64,000 nucleotides of DNA from Octopus sinensis (taxonomy: Eukaryota): assembly GCF_006345805.1 (NCBI RefSeq), contig NC_043005.1:28582001-28646000 (forward strand). Reading direction: 5' to 3'. The notes under the pieces are model-generated. The model did not search any database. It was not told the origin of the DNA and saw nothing but the letters and a program-made list of their open reading frames with translations. Shown piece after piece: positions 1 through 14,000 of the stretch; the stretch's first letter is position 1, and each line of letters opens with the position of its first letter. Both the position numbers and the translations under genes were made by a program.

Positions 1-325
1 CACACACACATTTTAATGTTGATTTCTGCAGAAACAAATACTTGTGGACTTGATCAAGGTAGAGTGAATGTAACTCTTTAGGATTTGCTGGATAAATTTC
101 ATGGAATTAAGAAATGAAGGATGTTTTTATGGCACATAAAGCATGTCTCAAAACAGATAAAACAGAAATATGTAATCTTCAATATGTTCTCCACTACTTA
201 TGTTGGAATTATGGACAGGAAACTTGAACTCTACTCACACATCTTTTCAAGTTACAAACTTTCATTTAATTACAGTAGAAGTATGTTATGTGTTGATTTA
301 GTCCTTGAAAATACCATTTTTTTTC

Positions 326-540
326 TGGTAGGCAGGATGGCTCAGTGGATAAGGTATCAAACAGTCTGTTCAGAGGTTATGGACTCAAATCTGCCACAGG
401 CTAATGGTTTACTTAAGACAGTACAGTATTGTGTTAATTCATCTACGAACCAAAAGTAGATACTGCACCATCTGGGTATGTTAGCTGCAACACACCAGCA
501 TCTTACTCAGAGGGAGAGACTTCTCTCAATTAGTTTGCAC
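326..540 (+). mobile_element. Degenerate tRNA-derived SINE-like head
   Basis: A-box-like TGGCTCAGTGG and B-box-like GGACTCAAATC with tRNA-like spacing. Confidence 0.4.
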
Positions 541-1551
541 CAAAAACAAAAAAAAACAAAAGGAAAAGAGAGCACTGATTCTTGAAGACATTCCCTCCAT
601 CAGTTGTTGGACTTTACATCTTCACAATCTTCCTGTAGTTCTAACTCAATATTTTTCACTCTGTCACTTTAACTATAGTATACTGTGTTTCTGTATAATA
701 TTGCTCTCCAGACATGGTAGGGACACAAAGAAATGGTTGCCAGAAATATTTATATTGCCAGAAATATTTATATAGTCGGTAGAAATATGTAATAGCTCTC
801 CCAAATCACTTCTTACCATCTTTAAAAGAAAAGGGAAGGAAAAAATATTTTAGATAATGTATATGATCTAAAGATATATTATAGATACATTATATTTATA
901 TAAAAAATGGATATTCATGACTGAAACACTTTCGATTAATGATTAATAATTTATTGGAACAAAGCTGACCTAGGCCTAAACAACAGTAAAGTAAAGCTTT
1001 CTCTCATTATATCTAACATCTCTCTGCTAGAATAACACACATTTGTTTGGGTATAGGCATACTACTATTGCTGAGAACTTTGCTTTACAGCTTGGTGGTA
1101 TTAGATTTGATCCCAGTGTGCAATGGCACCTTAGTCAAGCATCTTCTACCATAACGTCAGCAGGTTGACCAAAGCTTTGTGAGTGTAATTTGACTGATGG
1201 AAACTATAGAAGCCTGGAAGAGAAACCAATTATAATTTTGGGTCATAGAATTTATCTATTACCTGGTTATATATCATTACCTTGTCTTTTGTTCTTTTAG
1301 TAGTGTAAATTTGGAATATATAGGCCAGATCTAAGGAAAAATTACATTTTGTGTGGAGAGGTGGAATGGCTGAGAGGTTAATTAATATTGTGTGGAAGCA
1401 TAACTAATAAAGGAAATTAGCTTAGATAAGTTGCATTTGGTTTTGTATCAGGATGGGCTACAATTGATCCCCTTTTGAAGTGAGCAATCCACATCAAATG
1501 CTCTGGGGAAAGAGCAAGCCACTATAATTAGCATATGATGATGTTTGCTAG

Positions 1552-1863
1552 CAGTGGTGGACTGGGTCTAAAAGTATTGGTTGCGAGGAGACTGGGGGGG
1601 GGGGGGCTCACCTGCAACTACAAGGGGGCCCACCTACAACTACAATGCTATCCTTTTTTTTTTCCTTTGCTAAAAGTATACTTTTCAACTGTCTACAAAT
1701 ACAGCCAGGCTGTAATAATGCATTCTTCCAGGAGTGAATAAAAAATTCTCGAACTTGAGGGGATGGACCCCTTAGATACTAACATGGTCCCCCATATATG
1801 GATTCTAATGGCACGGGTCCACTTACCATCAGGTAAGCTACCAACCTGGCCAGCCCACCACTG
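1552..1863. mobile_element. hAT-type MITE (312 bp)
   Basis: TIR CAGTGGTGGACTGG / CCAGCCCACCACTG (13/14 match); perfect 8-bp TSD TTTGCTAG at 1544-1551 and 1864-1871; no coding capacity. Confidence 0.88.
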
Positions 1864-2084
1864 TTTGCTAGTATTCCACACTCAGATAGTGTCTTAGAAA
1901 ACTTGGTGTAACTGAATGGCTTGTGAGAGCTGTGCCAGCCATATACAGTGATACTGTTAGCTAAGTGAGGGTTCTGTAATGATTTTTTGTGTAGCTAGAT
2001 GTTCATCAAGGTTTGACTCTGCATCCATTTCTGTTGGCTATAGTTCTCCAGGCAATAACAAAAGAGTTTGGGATTTGTTACCTG

Positions 2085-2400
2085 TGGGAATTCCTGTATG
2101 CTGATGACCATCTGTTGAAGAATGAAAGAAGAAATTCCAAATATGGGAGCAAAACTTAAACTCATAAGGGCAAACCAAATATCTAAAAGAGACAAAAGTT
2201 TGAGTTACAAAGAAAGAAAATAGAACACTACTGCCATCTGTAGGAAGTTGTTATGCTAGATGTGCAGAACAAGAAAAGCAATGAATTCCTTGCATTGTAC
2301 CACATTGTAAACTGTAAGTGCACAGTGGTGGAATCATAGGTAGGCTGATGGAAAAGGGAGCCTTTGTATGTAGCAGATAGACAGGAGTAGTTTATAATAA
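2085..2400 (+). mobile_element. Decayed RTE-type LINE reverse-transcriptase fragment
   Basis: CTGTGGGAATTCCTGTATGCTGATGAC = LWEFLYADD, the counterpart of WELLYADDL in the LINE at 53898-56625; frameshifted. Confidence 0.55.
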
Positions 2401-2549
2401 GAATGCCTTTGAAATACATTCTTTCAAATGTCTGGAGTAGTTTCTGGTAGTTTATGGCTTTTGTTACTTAGGTGACTTAATTAGCAATGGAAGAGGGAGC
2501 TGTGAAAGCATAGTAATTAGAGTAAGAATAAGGTGGCAATTGAAATTTA

Positions 2550-2865
2550 CTATCATCACAGTTGATTGACTGTCATCATGATGGTTGACTGACTATCATC
2601 ACTATGGTTGATTGGCTGTCATCACAGTCAATTTTACGTTCAATACAGTCGATTTTACTGTCATCACAGTTGTTTTTTTGTCATCATTACAGTTGATGGT
2701 TCAATCGCCAAAATTGATTTACTGTTAACCCTGTTGATTTTGCTGTCATCACAGTTGATCTGCTATCATCACTTTCTATTTACTGTCATCAAAGTTAGTA
2801 TACTGTCATCACAAATGATTTACTGTTCTCACAGAGGATTTACTGTCATGAGATTTAATTTACTG
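2550..2865. repeat. Degenerate minisatellite (TTTACTGTCATCACAGTTGAT-like units)
   Basis: About ten imperfect copies of ACTGTCATCACAGTTG. Confidence 0.7.
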
Positions 2866-5439
2866 AAATTACAACCCAGATTGTTGAGTTGCTGTTTTCT
2901 ATAAAATTAATTAAACACATGTATTGAGGACAAAAAAATAATTTTCTTGCTGCCTAAGATCAATTTAATCAGATTTATGGCAACCACAGGTGAGAACTGT
3001 AGGCATGATTTTGTCTTGTTAAAATTACTAAAACATAGCTACATTATCACTAATGTAGCAAGTGCAGAGATGGCTATTGTTTGAAGATGAAATGTAATAA
3101 GACTGGAACATGTTAAAATTTTTGTCCTTATTTGCCAATATCAGAATGTGGGTTAGCATCTTTCCATCATTATTTAAACTATAATCCCACTGTTATGTCA
3201 CTGGTTAGGCTTACTATAATATAGGTGCAGATATGGATATGTGGTTAAAACATTCGATTTGCAATCTCATGGTGCTGCACAGTGTCTTCTTCAATAGCTT
3301 CAGGCCAACCAAAATCTTTGGAGTGGATTTGATTGACAGAAACTGAAAGTAGCCTATTTGTGTGTGTGTGTGTGTGTGTACACATACATATGTGTGCATA
3401 TGTATGTATTTATGTGTGTTCTTGTCTCCTTGCTTTGACACCACATGTTAGTTGTGAGTGTCACCATCATGCAAATGGTATTTTTCATTTCCACTCTTCC
3501 ATGGGAAACATGTCTGGTCACGAGCAAATATTACCTAACTTGGAAACAGATGAGTGTTGGTATCAGGAAAGGCATCCAGCTACAGAAAATTCTCATCAAA
3601 TTCCATCTAACCCCAGCATGGAAAAGTGGTTAAATGATGACATGTGCCTTTGTGTTTGTTCCTCCCACCCCCTCACTTAACAATCAGTGTTAGTCTGTTT
3701 ATGTCCTCCCTAACTTGGCAGTTTAGCAAAAGATATTGATAGAGTAAATACTAGGCTTAAAAAGAAATAAGTACTGAGGTCGATTTCTTTGACTAAAATC
3801 CTTGAAAGAGGTGCCCAAGCTTGGCCACAGTCCAAGAACTGAAAGGCTTAAAAAATAAGATATGTTTTTAAAAATATATACTCTTAAGTTCTGGGATAAA
3901 TTCTACTGGAGACAACAAAATTCTTATGTAAAATACTACATTAGAAACCCCATATTTTGGTATCATAATTAAGGTAGCTGATAGTCAGGTGGTGTGCTTA
4001 GATTTTGTCAATGAACTTAATCACTTGGTAGACATTAAGCCTATCTCATCTCTCTAGCATAATGACCAGGGATGGAGTCATGTTTGTATATATGTATACA
4101 TACATACATGTGTGTGTGTGTATTACTGTAAAGGCACCTGTTGATTGTTGACTTATAATTTGTAAAAGTGGAATTATATGTATGTGTGTGTGTGTGTGTG
4201 TGTATTTATATATATATGTCTTAAATACATAATACAGTTCTTTTACGAATTTTGATGATATTCAACCAAATTGCTGAGGTATTTATTCATAACATCACAG
4301 AGGATTTACATATAATTTGGATTCCTTCTGCAGAATTCAGAATTTGTTTTTGTCTTTGTACATATGTCTGTATACGCATATGTACATTTGTATGTGTGTG
4401 TGTGTGTATATGTATATATTACGTGTGTGTATGTGCCTTCTATATATGCATGTATATGTATGTGTGTATCCCTCCATATACTTCAGTCGATTTAAAATTA
4501 CATTTTAGATTAGATTATGTCTGTCGGTTGATGCTGAACAGCTCCATGTCTGCTGCTTCGGAGAGATATTTGCTGGATTAAAATGCAATAAATTATTTTT
4601 GCTGTAGAATTTAGTCTTTTATCAGGTGTATGAACTAGAATGCTCATACCTGCCGCATTTTAAATTGAAACAGCAACAGGCATAATGATGATGATGATGA
4701 TGATGATAATAATAATAAAGATAATAAATTCTAAGTGATGTTTATCCTGGCCATGACTGAATTCTAGTTGAGTCATCAGTTAGTTGTATATGTTTGGTTT
4801 GGAGTATTATTTTCTTCAATACTATTATAAATAGCAGTACCTATAGTTCATTTTAGAGAATGCTGTCTTTCTCTCTCTCTCACTAAAGCAGCAGCAGCAG
4901 TAGTAGTAGAAGTAGCAGCATCATCTACAGTTTCCTCAAGCTTTCCTTGCTACACTATATCATTAAACTACATTGATATTTAACTGATAGATTTAACTTG
5001 TACTAACACCGTTTACCATTTTCCTGTATTATTGGTACCATTCCAGCTGCTCTCAACTGCCTCATACCCTACTAATGAACCTTTGCATATTTCTTTCATT
5101 CCATATCTTTTTACTATCCACCCTGGAGATCCATATTTTCCTACCTCTGTATTTTCATTCTCTTTCTCTCTCTCTCTCCCTCACACACACACACACACAC
5201 ACACCATCTCTTTCTTTCTCCATCTCTTTCTCTCTCTCTCTCACCATCTCTCTTTCTCCTCCCCTCTCTCATTCATACCATATCCATATTACTTTTCCTC
5301 TCTAGCTTTCAGTTGTCTTACTATTTTCTCTTCCTATCCTTTACCCTCTACTCTCTGATTCCCACCCTTCTTCTTGCCTGCCTGGATTGACTCTGTTCAA
5401 AATCAATACATGCAATCAATTTTTCTCTTGTTGCAGTAG

Positions 5440-5560
5440 CAACAATGAACTAGGTCAGTTGAAAGCTTACTACGACTACAGCTACTACTACCACTACTAC
5501 TACTTCTGCTACTGCTGCTGCTGCTCTTACTGCTTCTCCTGCTGCTGCTGCAGCTTGTTC
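5440..5560. repeat. Mixed (CTA)n/(CTG)n triplet repeat
   Basis: Direct reading; explains the poly-S/Y/C ORFs here. Confidence 0.85.
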
Positions 5561-6214
5561 TTCTCTTCATCTCATAGTAGCTTAGAAATGGTGGACAGTT
5601 TGAATGGTTATCACCACATCTAATGCAGCCAGTCCAGATAAAATGTTTAAACAACTCGCGTAAAATGCACACTGTATGAATGTGTATGTTAGTCCCTACA
5701 CTAAATGATCACTAAGGGCTGTGTTACTTTTTTTTTTCTAAATAATATCGTGTCACTATGTGTAAGTCCTCTATAACAGCGTCTCTATTGGTGCAGTATG
5801 TAATCTGAATAGATAAATAGCAAAACAAACACTGAAACACGGGAAGTGAAAGGTATCATTTCAGACTGGTTATTTCATCGTAACAATTATTACAATAAAC
5901 CTATTCTGCTGTGTGTGTGTGTGTGTGTGTGTGTGCATGCATGTGTGATTGTGTGATTTCTCAAACACTTGTAGCTGGCCAAGGTATTGTTTCATTGTAC
6001 CAGTAATACGTCACTGTGTTGTCTAGAATGTGGTCATAACTTTGCATTCTCTGACATCTGAGAGCTTATGTGACAATACTTTGATAAGATGACTTCACCT
6101 CCTTTAGGTTTACATAGACATGTACGTGCATATCCATTTAGTTGGGTGCATGTATGTATATATATCGATCTAGATAGATAGATAGCTACAGACACACGTT
6201 TCTTTGTGTGTGTG

Positions 6215-6246
<32 letters not shown>

Positions 6247-6582
6247 TTTATCTATCTATTTATGTATAATCTATCTATACAAAGATATATATGTAATCTA
6301 TGTATACATACATGCACATATATATATATAGAGAGAGAGAGACAGACAGACAGACAGATAGACACACACACACATACATATATGTGTATAATCTATACTC
6401 ATGTGATGATCAGCATCATTTCCACCATCTGTTTATTGCTGTATGTTATTTCACTGTTTGATCAGATATTACCAATATACTTATTTGCATTGGTGACATA
6501 TCAAATTTTAAACCAACGAAGTGTTTTCAACCAGCCTTTCACTATGCTCTGCTGTCATCTTCATATAACATGTTACGCTGAG

Positions 6583-6710
6583 TTAGATGACTCAACATGA
6601 CTAACTCAGGCTTCACAAGAAAAAAAAGACTCAAAATATCAGAATATTAGATGACTCAACATGACTAACTCAGGCTTCACAAGAAAAAAAAGACTCAAAA
6701 TATCAGAATA
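6583..6710. repeat. Perfect 64-bp tandem duplication
   Basis: TTAGATGACTCAACATGACTAACTCAGG...ATATCAGAATA occurs twice (6583-6646, 6647-6710). Confidence 0.9.
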
Positions 6711-6994
6711 TTTTAATAGCTATCAGAATCTTTTTCAGTTTGTCTCAAGTAAAATTCTGAAAAAAAAAAGAATGTAAAAAAACACAAATTGAAGATGCAA
6801 AGAATACGCAAAATGATGAGAATGAATATCATTGTCAGAATAGTGTAAGAGATCATATAACCTGATCCCTACCTTTTTCAGAAAAATGTAAGTATTGTTG
6901 GGTTGTGAAACTGGTTTCCATATGAGCTGATCTTATTTGGTGTGATAACCAATGGGGCTTTGCTGAAGGTGGGACATTAGTTGAATAATAGCAT

Positions 6995-7700
6995 GTCTGT
7001 GCGATTAAGAGGTTTGCTTTCCAATCATGAAGTTTCAGGTTTAATGGCACCTTAGACAAGTGTCTTCTACAATAGTCCTGGGTTTGCCAAAGCCTTGTCA
7101 GTGGATTTGGTAATGAAAACTGAAAGAAGTTTGTTGTATATTTTCACACACACACACACACACATACACACACATCTGTATATATATATCAGTGTATGTA
7201 TGTGTATATACTTTTCTGCACTAGGCACAAGGCCCGAAATTTTTGGTGAGGGTGGGGCCATTCGATTAGATTGCCCCAGTATGCAACTGGTACTTAATTT
7301 ATTCACCTCAAAGGGATAAAAGGCAAAGTCGACCTCAGCAGAATTTGAACTCGGAACGTAAAGACAGACAAAATACTGCTAAGCATTTTGCCCGGTGTGC
7401 TAACATTTCTGCCAGCAGGCCATCTGTGAGCATATATAGGCACAGGAATGGCTGTGTGGTGAGAAGCTTGCTTTCCAACCACATGGTTCTGGGTTCAGTC
7501 CTACTGTGTGGCATAATGGGCAAGTATCTTCTACCATAGCCTTGGGCTGACCAAAGCCTTGCAAGTGGATTTGGTAGTATGTATATATATATATATATAT
7601 GTATGTATGTGTTTGTCTTCCCACCATCGCTTGACACCAATGTTGGTGTGTTTACGTCCCTGTAACTTACCAGTTCAGCAAAAGAGGCAATAGGTACACT
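6995..7700. mobile_element. Cluster of nested tRNA-derived SINE fragments (two families, both orientations)
   Basis: Homology to the SINEs at 28271-28667 and 38276-38504; head at 7437 (+) and an inverted head at about 7320-7415. Confidence 0.75.
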
Positions 7701-7779
7701 GGCATCGACTACGTTCAGATGATGCATTTTACGTGCCACTTGAATGGGAGCCAGTCAGGGGGGGGGGGCACTGGCCATA

Positions 7780-8880
7780 GCTATGATTTTGGTTTTACTT
7801 GACTCAACAGGTCTTCTCAAACATATCATATCACCCAACGCATCAGAGGTACACATAAATGGGCCAGACATGCAACACTGACATCAGCCATGGTTGTGAT
7901 CTCACTTTTGTTGCCGAGTCTTCTCAATCACAGCATATCTCCAAAGGTCTCAATCTCTTGTCATTGCCTCTGTGAGGCCTAATGTTCGAAGGTCATGCTT
8001 CACCACCTCATCCCATGTCTTCCTGGGTCTACCTCCTCCACAGGTTCCTTCCACAGTTAGGGAGTGGTACTTCCTCACACAGCTTTCATCATCCATACAT
8101 AACACATAACTGTGCCAGAGCAGACGTCTCTCTTGCACACCACATTTAATGCTTCTTATGTCCAACTTTTCTCTCAGAGCACTTACACTCAATCATGTTT
8201 GCACACTGACATTACACATCCAGTGGAACATACTAGCTTCATTTCTTTCAAGCCTATGCATGTCCTCAGCAGTCATGGCCCATGTTTCACTGCCATGTAG
8301 CATGGCAGTTCACACACATGCATCATACGATCTACCTTTCATCCTGAGCGAGAGGCTCTAAGTTGCCAGCAGAGGTAGGAGCTCCCTGAACTTTGCCCAG
8401 GCTATTTTTATTCTAGCCACTACACTCTCTGAGTAACCACCCCCACTTCAGACTTGGTCACCTAGGTAGCAGAAGCTATTAACTACTTCTAGTTTCTCCC
8501 CCTGGCATGTGATGGAATCTGTTTTCTGTACATCTTCAGTCTTTATTGCCCTAGTACATCTGCCACACACAAAAACTATTTTCCCAGTTAACCTTCCTTT
8601 GATATTGCTGCACCTTTTATGTGTCCATAGCTTACATTGGGTACATCATATGGAGTTTCTATCCACACCTTTTCTACTGATCGAGCAGTGCCATCTACCT
8701 GAAGGGATTTGTGATTTGTCAGCCTTCCTACTTACTAAGACTTTGGGGTTTTTGCTAGGTTAACCCCAAGGCCATTCCATTCTGGACCTTTCATATCATT
8801 AAGGATCTTTCTTGGCAAACACACCTCCTTAACACTGCAATGACTGCATCTCAAAGATTCCCCCTGTGCCCAGATTTTTT
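7780..8880 (-). mobile_element. RTE-clade LINE, 3' ORF fragment
   Basis: Colinear with 54330-55200; ORF 7950..8192 RSIKCGVQERRLLW...GRPRKTWDEVVKHDL is the RTE C-terminus. Confidence 0.85.
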
Positions 8881-9254
8881 TTTTTTAAGTATTCAAAAAT
8901 ACTTCAGCATCCCAGTAACTACTTTCCTTCTATCAAGTTCAGCTGAGATTGACACTGAAATACTACTCCTACATCCTATACTGCATTCAAAGAAGGACCT
9001 ACTTGGCATGAAATAACTCACAAACATGCTCCAATATCTGGCTCAGATACTCTGTGTTCTCTTCTGCTCCTTAGCGCCAGCTGGCCTTATACCACCTTAA
9101 CCCATTAAGTCTCACTGTCTTATAAATAGGATACTAAAGGAGAACATTAAATAAGCTATATTACATCGTCTCAGTGTCCTATTTATATGACACCGAGTAT
9201 TTCCATTTCTACTTCAAGTAAAGGATTCTTAATAATTGGTGGCAAGTAAAGAAA

Positions 9255-9632
9255 CACCGTTTCGACCCTGTGCTTGAGGAGATCCATTGAGTCAAGTACA
9301 CCAATATCAAAAATCAATGGAAACTGCAGTTAGGATACCTGTGCTGGTGGCACGTAAAAAGCACCATCCGAACGTGGCCGATGCCAGCGCCACCTAGACT
9401 GGCTTCCGTGCAGGTGGCACATAAAAAACACCAATCCGATCATGGCCGTTGCCAGCCTCGCCTGGCACGTAAAAAGCACTCACGGAGTGGTTGGCGTTAG
9501 GAAGGGCATCCAGCCGTAGAAACACTGCTAGATCAGACTGGAACCTGGTGCAGCCTTCTTGCTTCCCAGATGCCCGATCGAACTGTCCAACCCATGCTAG
9601 CATGGAGAATGGACGTTAAACGATGATGATGA
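9255..9632 (+). mobile_element. RTE LINE 3' UTR / tail, 5'-truncated
   Basis: Ends ...AACCCATGCTAGCATGGAGAATGGACGTTAAACGATGATGATGAT, the same (GAT)n-tailed end as the LINE at 53898. Confidence 0.85.
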
Positions 9633-10179
9633 TTTCAACCTATTTTTCAATCATCTGTAAAAATTTTGAAGTAATATTCAGAAATTTAAGTACTCTGGAA
9701 ATTAATGGGTTAACTCACTTCAAGCATTTCCATTCTATCTCAGTCTTGTGGAAGTTCCTTCTTGCATGTCTTTCTTGCATCTGTAAACTTGCATCAAAAT
9801 TTCATCCTTTTTTTGTTTTTGTTACAGACACTAGTTTAATATCTATAAAGTTATTTTTCTAAATTGTTCATTATTTATAAAATTAATTGAAACAAGGACA
9901 GCATATTTCAGCCGAAATATAGTAACAAAAAGATTAAATGAACTTTAAAAGCATCAGTTCCACCAATCTCAGACTGTCTTTGAAGGCCAAGGATCCAGGC
10001 TCTTCTTCCACATCAAACTAATACATTCAAGCTCCCTACATTCAATGTTAGCACAAATTTAATTGTTATTTTTCATGTGAACGGTGGCACTGAGTTATTT
10101 ATTTTCCAAGTAACCCTATTTTTTGTAAACTAAGCAGTATATGGTACTGTATATTTATTTAATAAATATCATTACTTTA

Positions 10180-10259
10180 GCAAATATGGTAGAGTGTATC
10201 CATTCCTGATGAGGTCATAATGAGACCAAAACCTATCTGGAGTTTTTTCCCATATTTGC
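10180..10259 (+). ncRNA. Degenerate type-I hammerhead ribozyme motif
   Basis: CTGATGA (10206-12) - GGTC ATAATGA GACC - AAAAC (G12 changed to A); outer stem GCAAATATGG / CCATATTTGC perfect 10 bp. Confidence 0.6.
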
Positions 10260-13200
10260 CAAAATTATTAAAATAATTTGTCTATTCCTCACGGCATAAT
10301 TATATCTGGTTGACTTTTTAATACCCTTTGCACCTATTATGTTAATTCTAGATTAATTGGATACTCTTTGTTTGAATAGAAGTTGAAATGGGTGTAGCTG
10401 GAATATCGTTGATTATTTGTATGGAAAGTTCAGTGGAGAGTGCTGCTGGGCAGAAGTAGTAAGTATAGTCAGGTACAAGTGTGAGTACTGCCAAGCAAAG
10501 GTGGTGAGTGCAGCTGGACAGAATTGGAGATTGCAGCTGAGTAGAAGTGGTGAGTGCAGAAGTGAAGAGTACTGCCTCATATTATATACATTTTGTTGAA
10601 ACTATACCTTCAAAACTTGAGTAAATGTTGGTGAAACTGAAATAATGATATTCCCTCATCATTTCAACTACCTTGTTTCTTCATTGGTTACTAACCCAAC
10701 CTGCTGACAGCTTGCATAATCCCTGATTTTGTCTAATCTGTGCAGAATAGCTATCATTCTCTTCATATTATCTGTTAGTTGGAAATGTTCTGCTTGATAT
10801 CAGGAAGTGTATTACTTGGAAAACTGGGAAACAAAAACAACTATTTGATAAAATCTGTTCATTTTTAGGATATCAAACAAAGATAAAGGAGATTAAAATT
10901 TGATAAAAAGTTTCATAATATTCAACATTCTTGTAGATGTTTTCAAAAATCCTACTCAAAGTTGTAGACGGGAAGTCTGGTAAATATTCTGTTAATGCTA
11001 GATTGAAGATGAGGTCTGCATAACATTTTTCTAATGATTCAGGGTTCATAGAGAGAGAGAGACAGACAGACAGACAGAGTGGAAATGTCTTGATTCTGAG
11101 TTAGATTTAGCTTGAACAGAGAGAGACACTAAAGGGAAATGAGGACATCTTGTGAAATATCCTTTATGTGACTGTAGAACAGATCAAGTCATAAGTCACC
11201 TGCTGGTTTGTCCATTATTAGATTCTTGTTTGGATCGTTTGTCTGTGTGGTTAAGAAGTTTATTTCCTATGTCAGCACTTTGGACAAATAGTTTCTATCT
11301 TAGCCTGGGGCTGACCAAAGACTTATGAATGAATTCGGTAAACTGAAAACAAAGCCTCTTGTATATACATTCTTGTATTCTTTCTTTTCCTTGTTTCAGC
11401 CATGGGACTGTAACCAGTGTGTGTGTGTACATCCACATGGTGTTCTGTTGGCATTTCTCTTGTCAAAAAATTACCCACTTGGCTCAGGTTTTTGAAGCCA
11501 TGTGTATTAAGAGATTTCTTTCTCGAAAAATGGGTAATGGTTAGCAGCAGGATGGGCACCCAGCTGTAAAACAGTAACTCAAGAACATTTGTCTAAGCCA
11601 AGCTAACCAGCACAGAGAAACCAGCATGGAGAAATGTTAGTAAAATGAATGCACAATTGTATAAGATGATATAAAAAAAGTGAAAAGATTGGATATAGGT
11701 ATGAAGTTATAAAAAGCCAAGTGTGTCAAACCTGCCTTTTTCCGAAGATTATAAAATGTTCAATACTAACCCTAACAGAAACACTTTTATATCTGAATTC
11801 AAAGACCTTCATCATTGATTGGATTATTTTCACTCAAAATTCATGATTCATGACCATATAAAACTATGGGTATGATGATTCTATTAAAAGTTTATTTTTC
11901 AAATTTACTGTAATTTCAGTAAGGTAAACAGAGATGTTTCCAGATGTCTCTTCATTTCTGTTGTCATGTACTGTACCACCTGTTGCTTTAGTTCAAATCT
12001 AACCATTTGAAATCCATAACTTCTTACAGCTGTTCCTTACCATGCTTTCTCAGTTCATTAATAGAAACTCATGTCTACCTTTCTTAATCACTAAATCAAA
12101 TTTGCACTGATTCTTTCAAAGTAAAAAGAAAAATTCTTTGAAATTTTTCTCAAACATAAAAATTCACAGACAGTGTAGTTGTGGTGTTCAGCTGTTTCTA
12201 TCAGAATTTGTTCTGTGTACAGAAATGCAATACTGTTTCTAGAAACATCAGAAGAAAAAAAATCCTGCTTATTTTATTGGCAAATTGTTGATAGGAAATC
12301 AATATTGAGTATGTATTGCAGTGTGTGGGCGTTGAGAATGTATTGCGGTGTCAGGTTGATGTGCAGTAAATCACTAATTGTAACGCATGTACAGAAATAC
12401 ATATGTTGTCTAACATTGACCCCTATTTTTAGTGTGTAGTGGGTCAGTTTTGTTGTTGAGCTGACCTAAATAATCTTATAAATGAATTTAGTATTATGTC
12501 TCATGTAAATAACAATAACATAGCAATCGAATTATGCTCCAACAATGAGACATTGACCAATTATTCTACTTCTTCTGGAAGGAGTCTTGACTTTCATAGT
12601 CTCAATGCTAAACAATAAACATTGCAGAACTTTCCTTTACTAAATGGCATAAAATGCAATAAATAAATATATACTGAGTGTTGGTAGAAATATATGAAAG
12701 TTATTGATTTGAATTATTGCATATTTACCAATACTCTCGTGGTTCCTTTCAACATTTCCTTTTGTTACCAAAATCTTTAAAATATATTTTCAAGCCCATC
12801 ATATGACTATTTTGTTCTAGCTATAGCCATTCTGTCTTCTTTTTGAACCTATACTCATATTTATTTCCACAATATATTTTTGTTTCCTCTTCAAGACTGT
12901 AAGAAATTGTTTAAAGAATATTTGCTTCTTGTTGCTTCTGAAAAGATGCTGACATGTGATAACTGTTGTGCCTTGACTTGGCATTACCTTCACTCTGGCC
13001 ATCGTTAGAGTTACAGACATACAATACTCAACTGGACAGTAGAGGAAAGGCAACAAACCCAAGCTGCATTATGGATTCTCTCTTGTTAACTCTTTTCATA
13101 CCAACCTGTCCAAGACTACTTCTGGTTCTATGATATGAACTTTCTCTTTTTAAGAGATCTAAATTAAAACCCTCCATTAAAATTTCACATTTTTACTTCA

Positions 13201-13637
13201 GACACCAGCTTAATAGAAACAAACTAATTTTACTAAATTTTTTCATTGTTTTCACAATTAATTGGAACAAAAGGTTTAACAACTTTATGCCAGAGCATGC
13301 AATGTGGTTGTCAACAAGATGAAGACTTATATATCTGGAGTACTGGATCTGTGGATTATACTCAGATATTTAACTAGCTTCCTATGTACAACAGAATTGG
13401 CAAGAGATTATGCTCAGTTTCCATCTTCCAAATCCACTCATGGGTCTTTTGCTGGTTTGGGATTTTTGTAGAAGACACTTGCCCTCACCCCACCAGGTAT
13501 CAAGTGAGACTAAATCTGAAACCATGCAGTTGGAGAACAAACTTCTTAAACAGCCATGGCTACACCTACATATCCATGTTCTACATTATGATGTTTATGT
13601 GTAGTAGTAGCAGTATATTCCAAATATGTAAGCAGTA

Positions 13638-14000
13638 GGAAAAAGATTGTTTGCCAACATAACATGGCAGTCCTGGTTTAGGACGAATGTTGCTGTAATT
13701 TAGCCCTGGCAGACATTGTCTCCAGCTGTGTATCACGATTTTTGCGTTATTTCTCATCACCACGGAAATCGTGATACACAGATATTGTTTTGAGCTGTGT
13801 GGGGGTACTAGATTCCCTTTGAAAATATAAGGACACAGATCATATCATATAGCCAGCTGGAGATGATGTCTCTTCAATCTAAATTACAGCAACATTCGTC
13901 CTAAACCAGGACTGTCATATTATGTTGGCAAACAATCTTTACTCCAAAGTACTGTTGCTGAATCTCTCTCATTGTGAGATTTACAAATAGTAATTTTCTA
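13638..14000 (+). mobile_element. Penelope-like/retrozyme-type insertion, copy A (inverted 5' segment, broken hammerhead halves)
   Basis: Inverted arms starting AAAGATTGTTTGCCAAC; centre carries GAAATCGTGATACACAGA; flanked by ATGTA(A/G)GCAGTA at 13626-37 and 14001-12; homologous to 41389-41615 and 43625-43820. Confidence 0.7.

Noticed and set aside
13642-13940. Initial reading of copy A (and C) as a TIR-bounded MITE
   Set aside because: Homology extends about 60 bp beyond one apparent TIR, TSDs are long and variable, and hammerhead halves lie at the centre; this fits a retro-insertion with 5' inversion better
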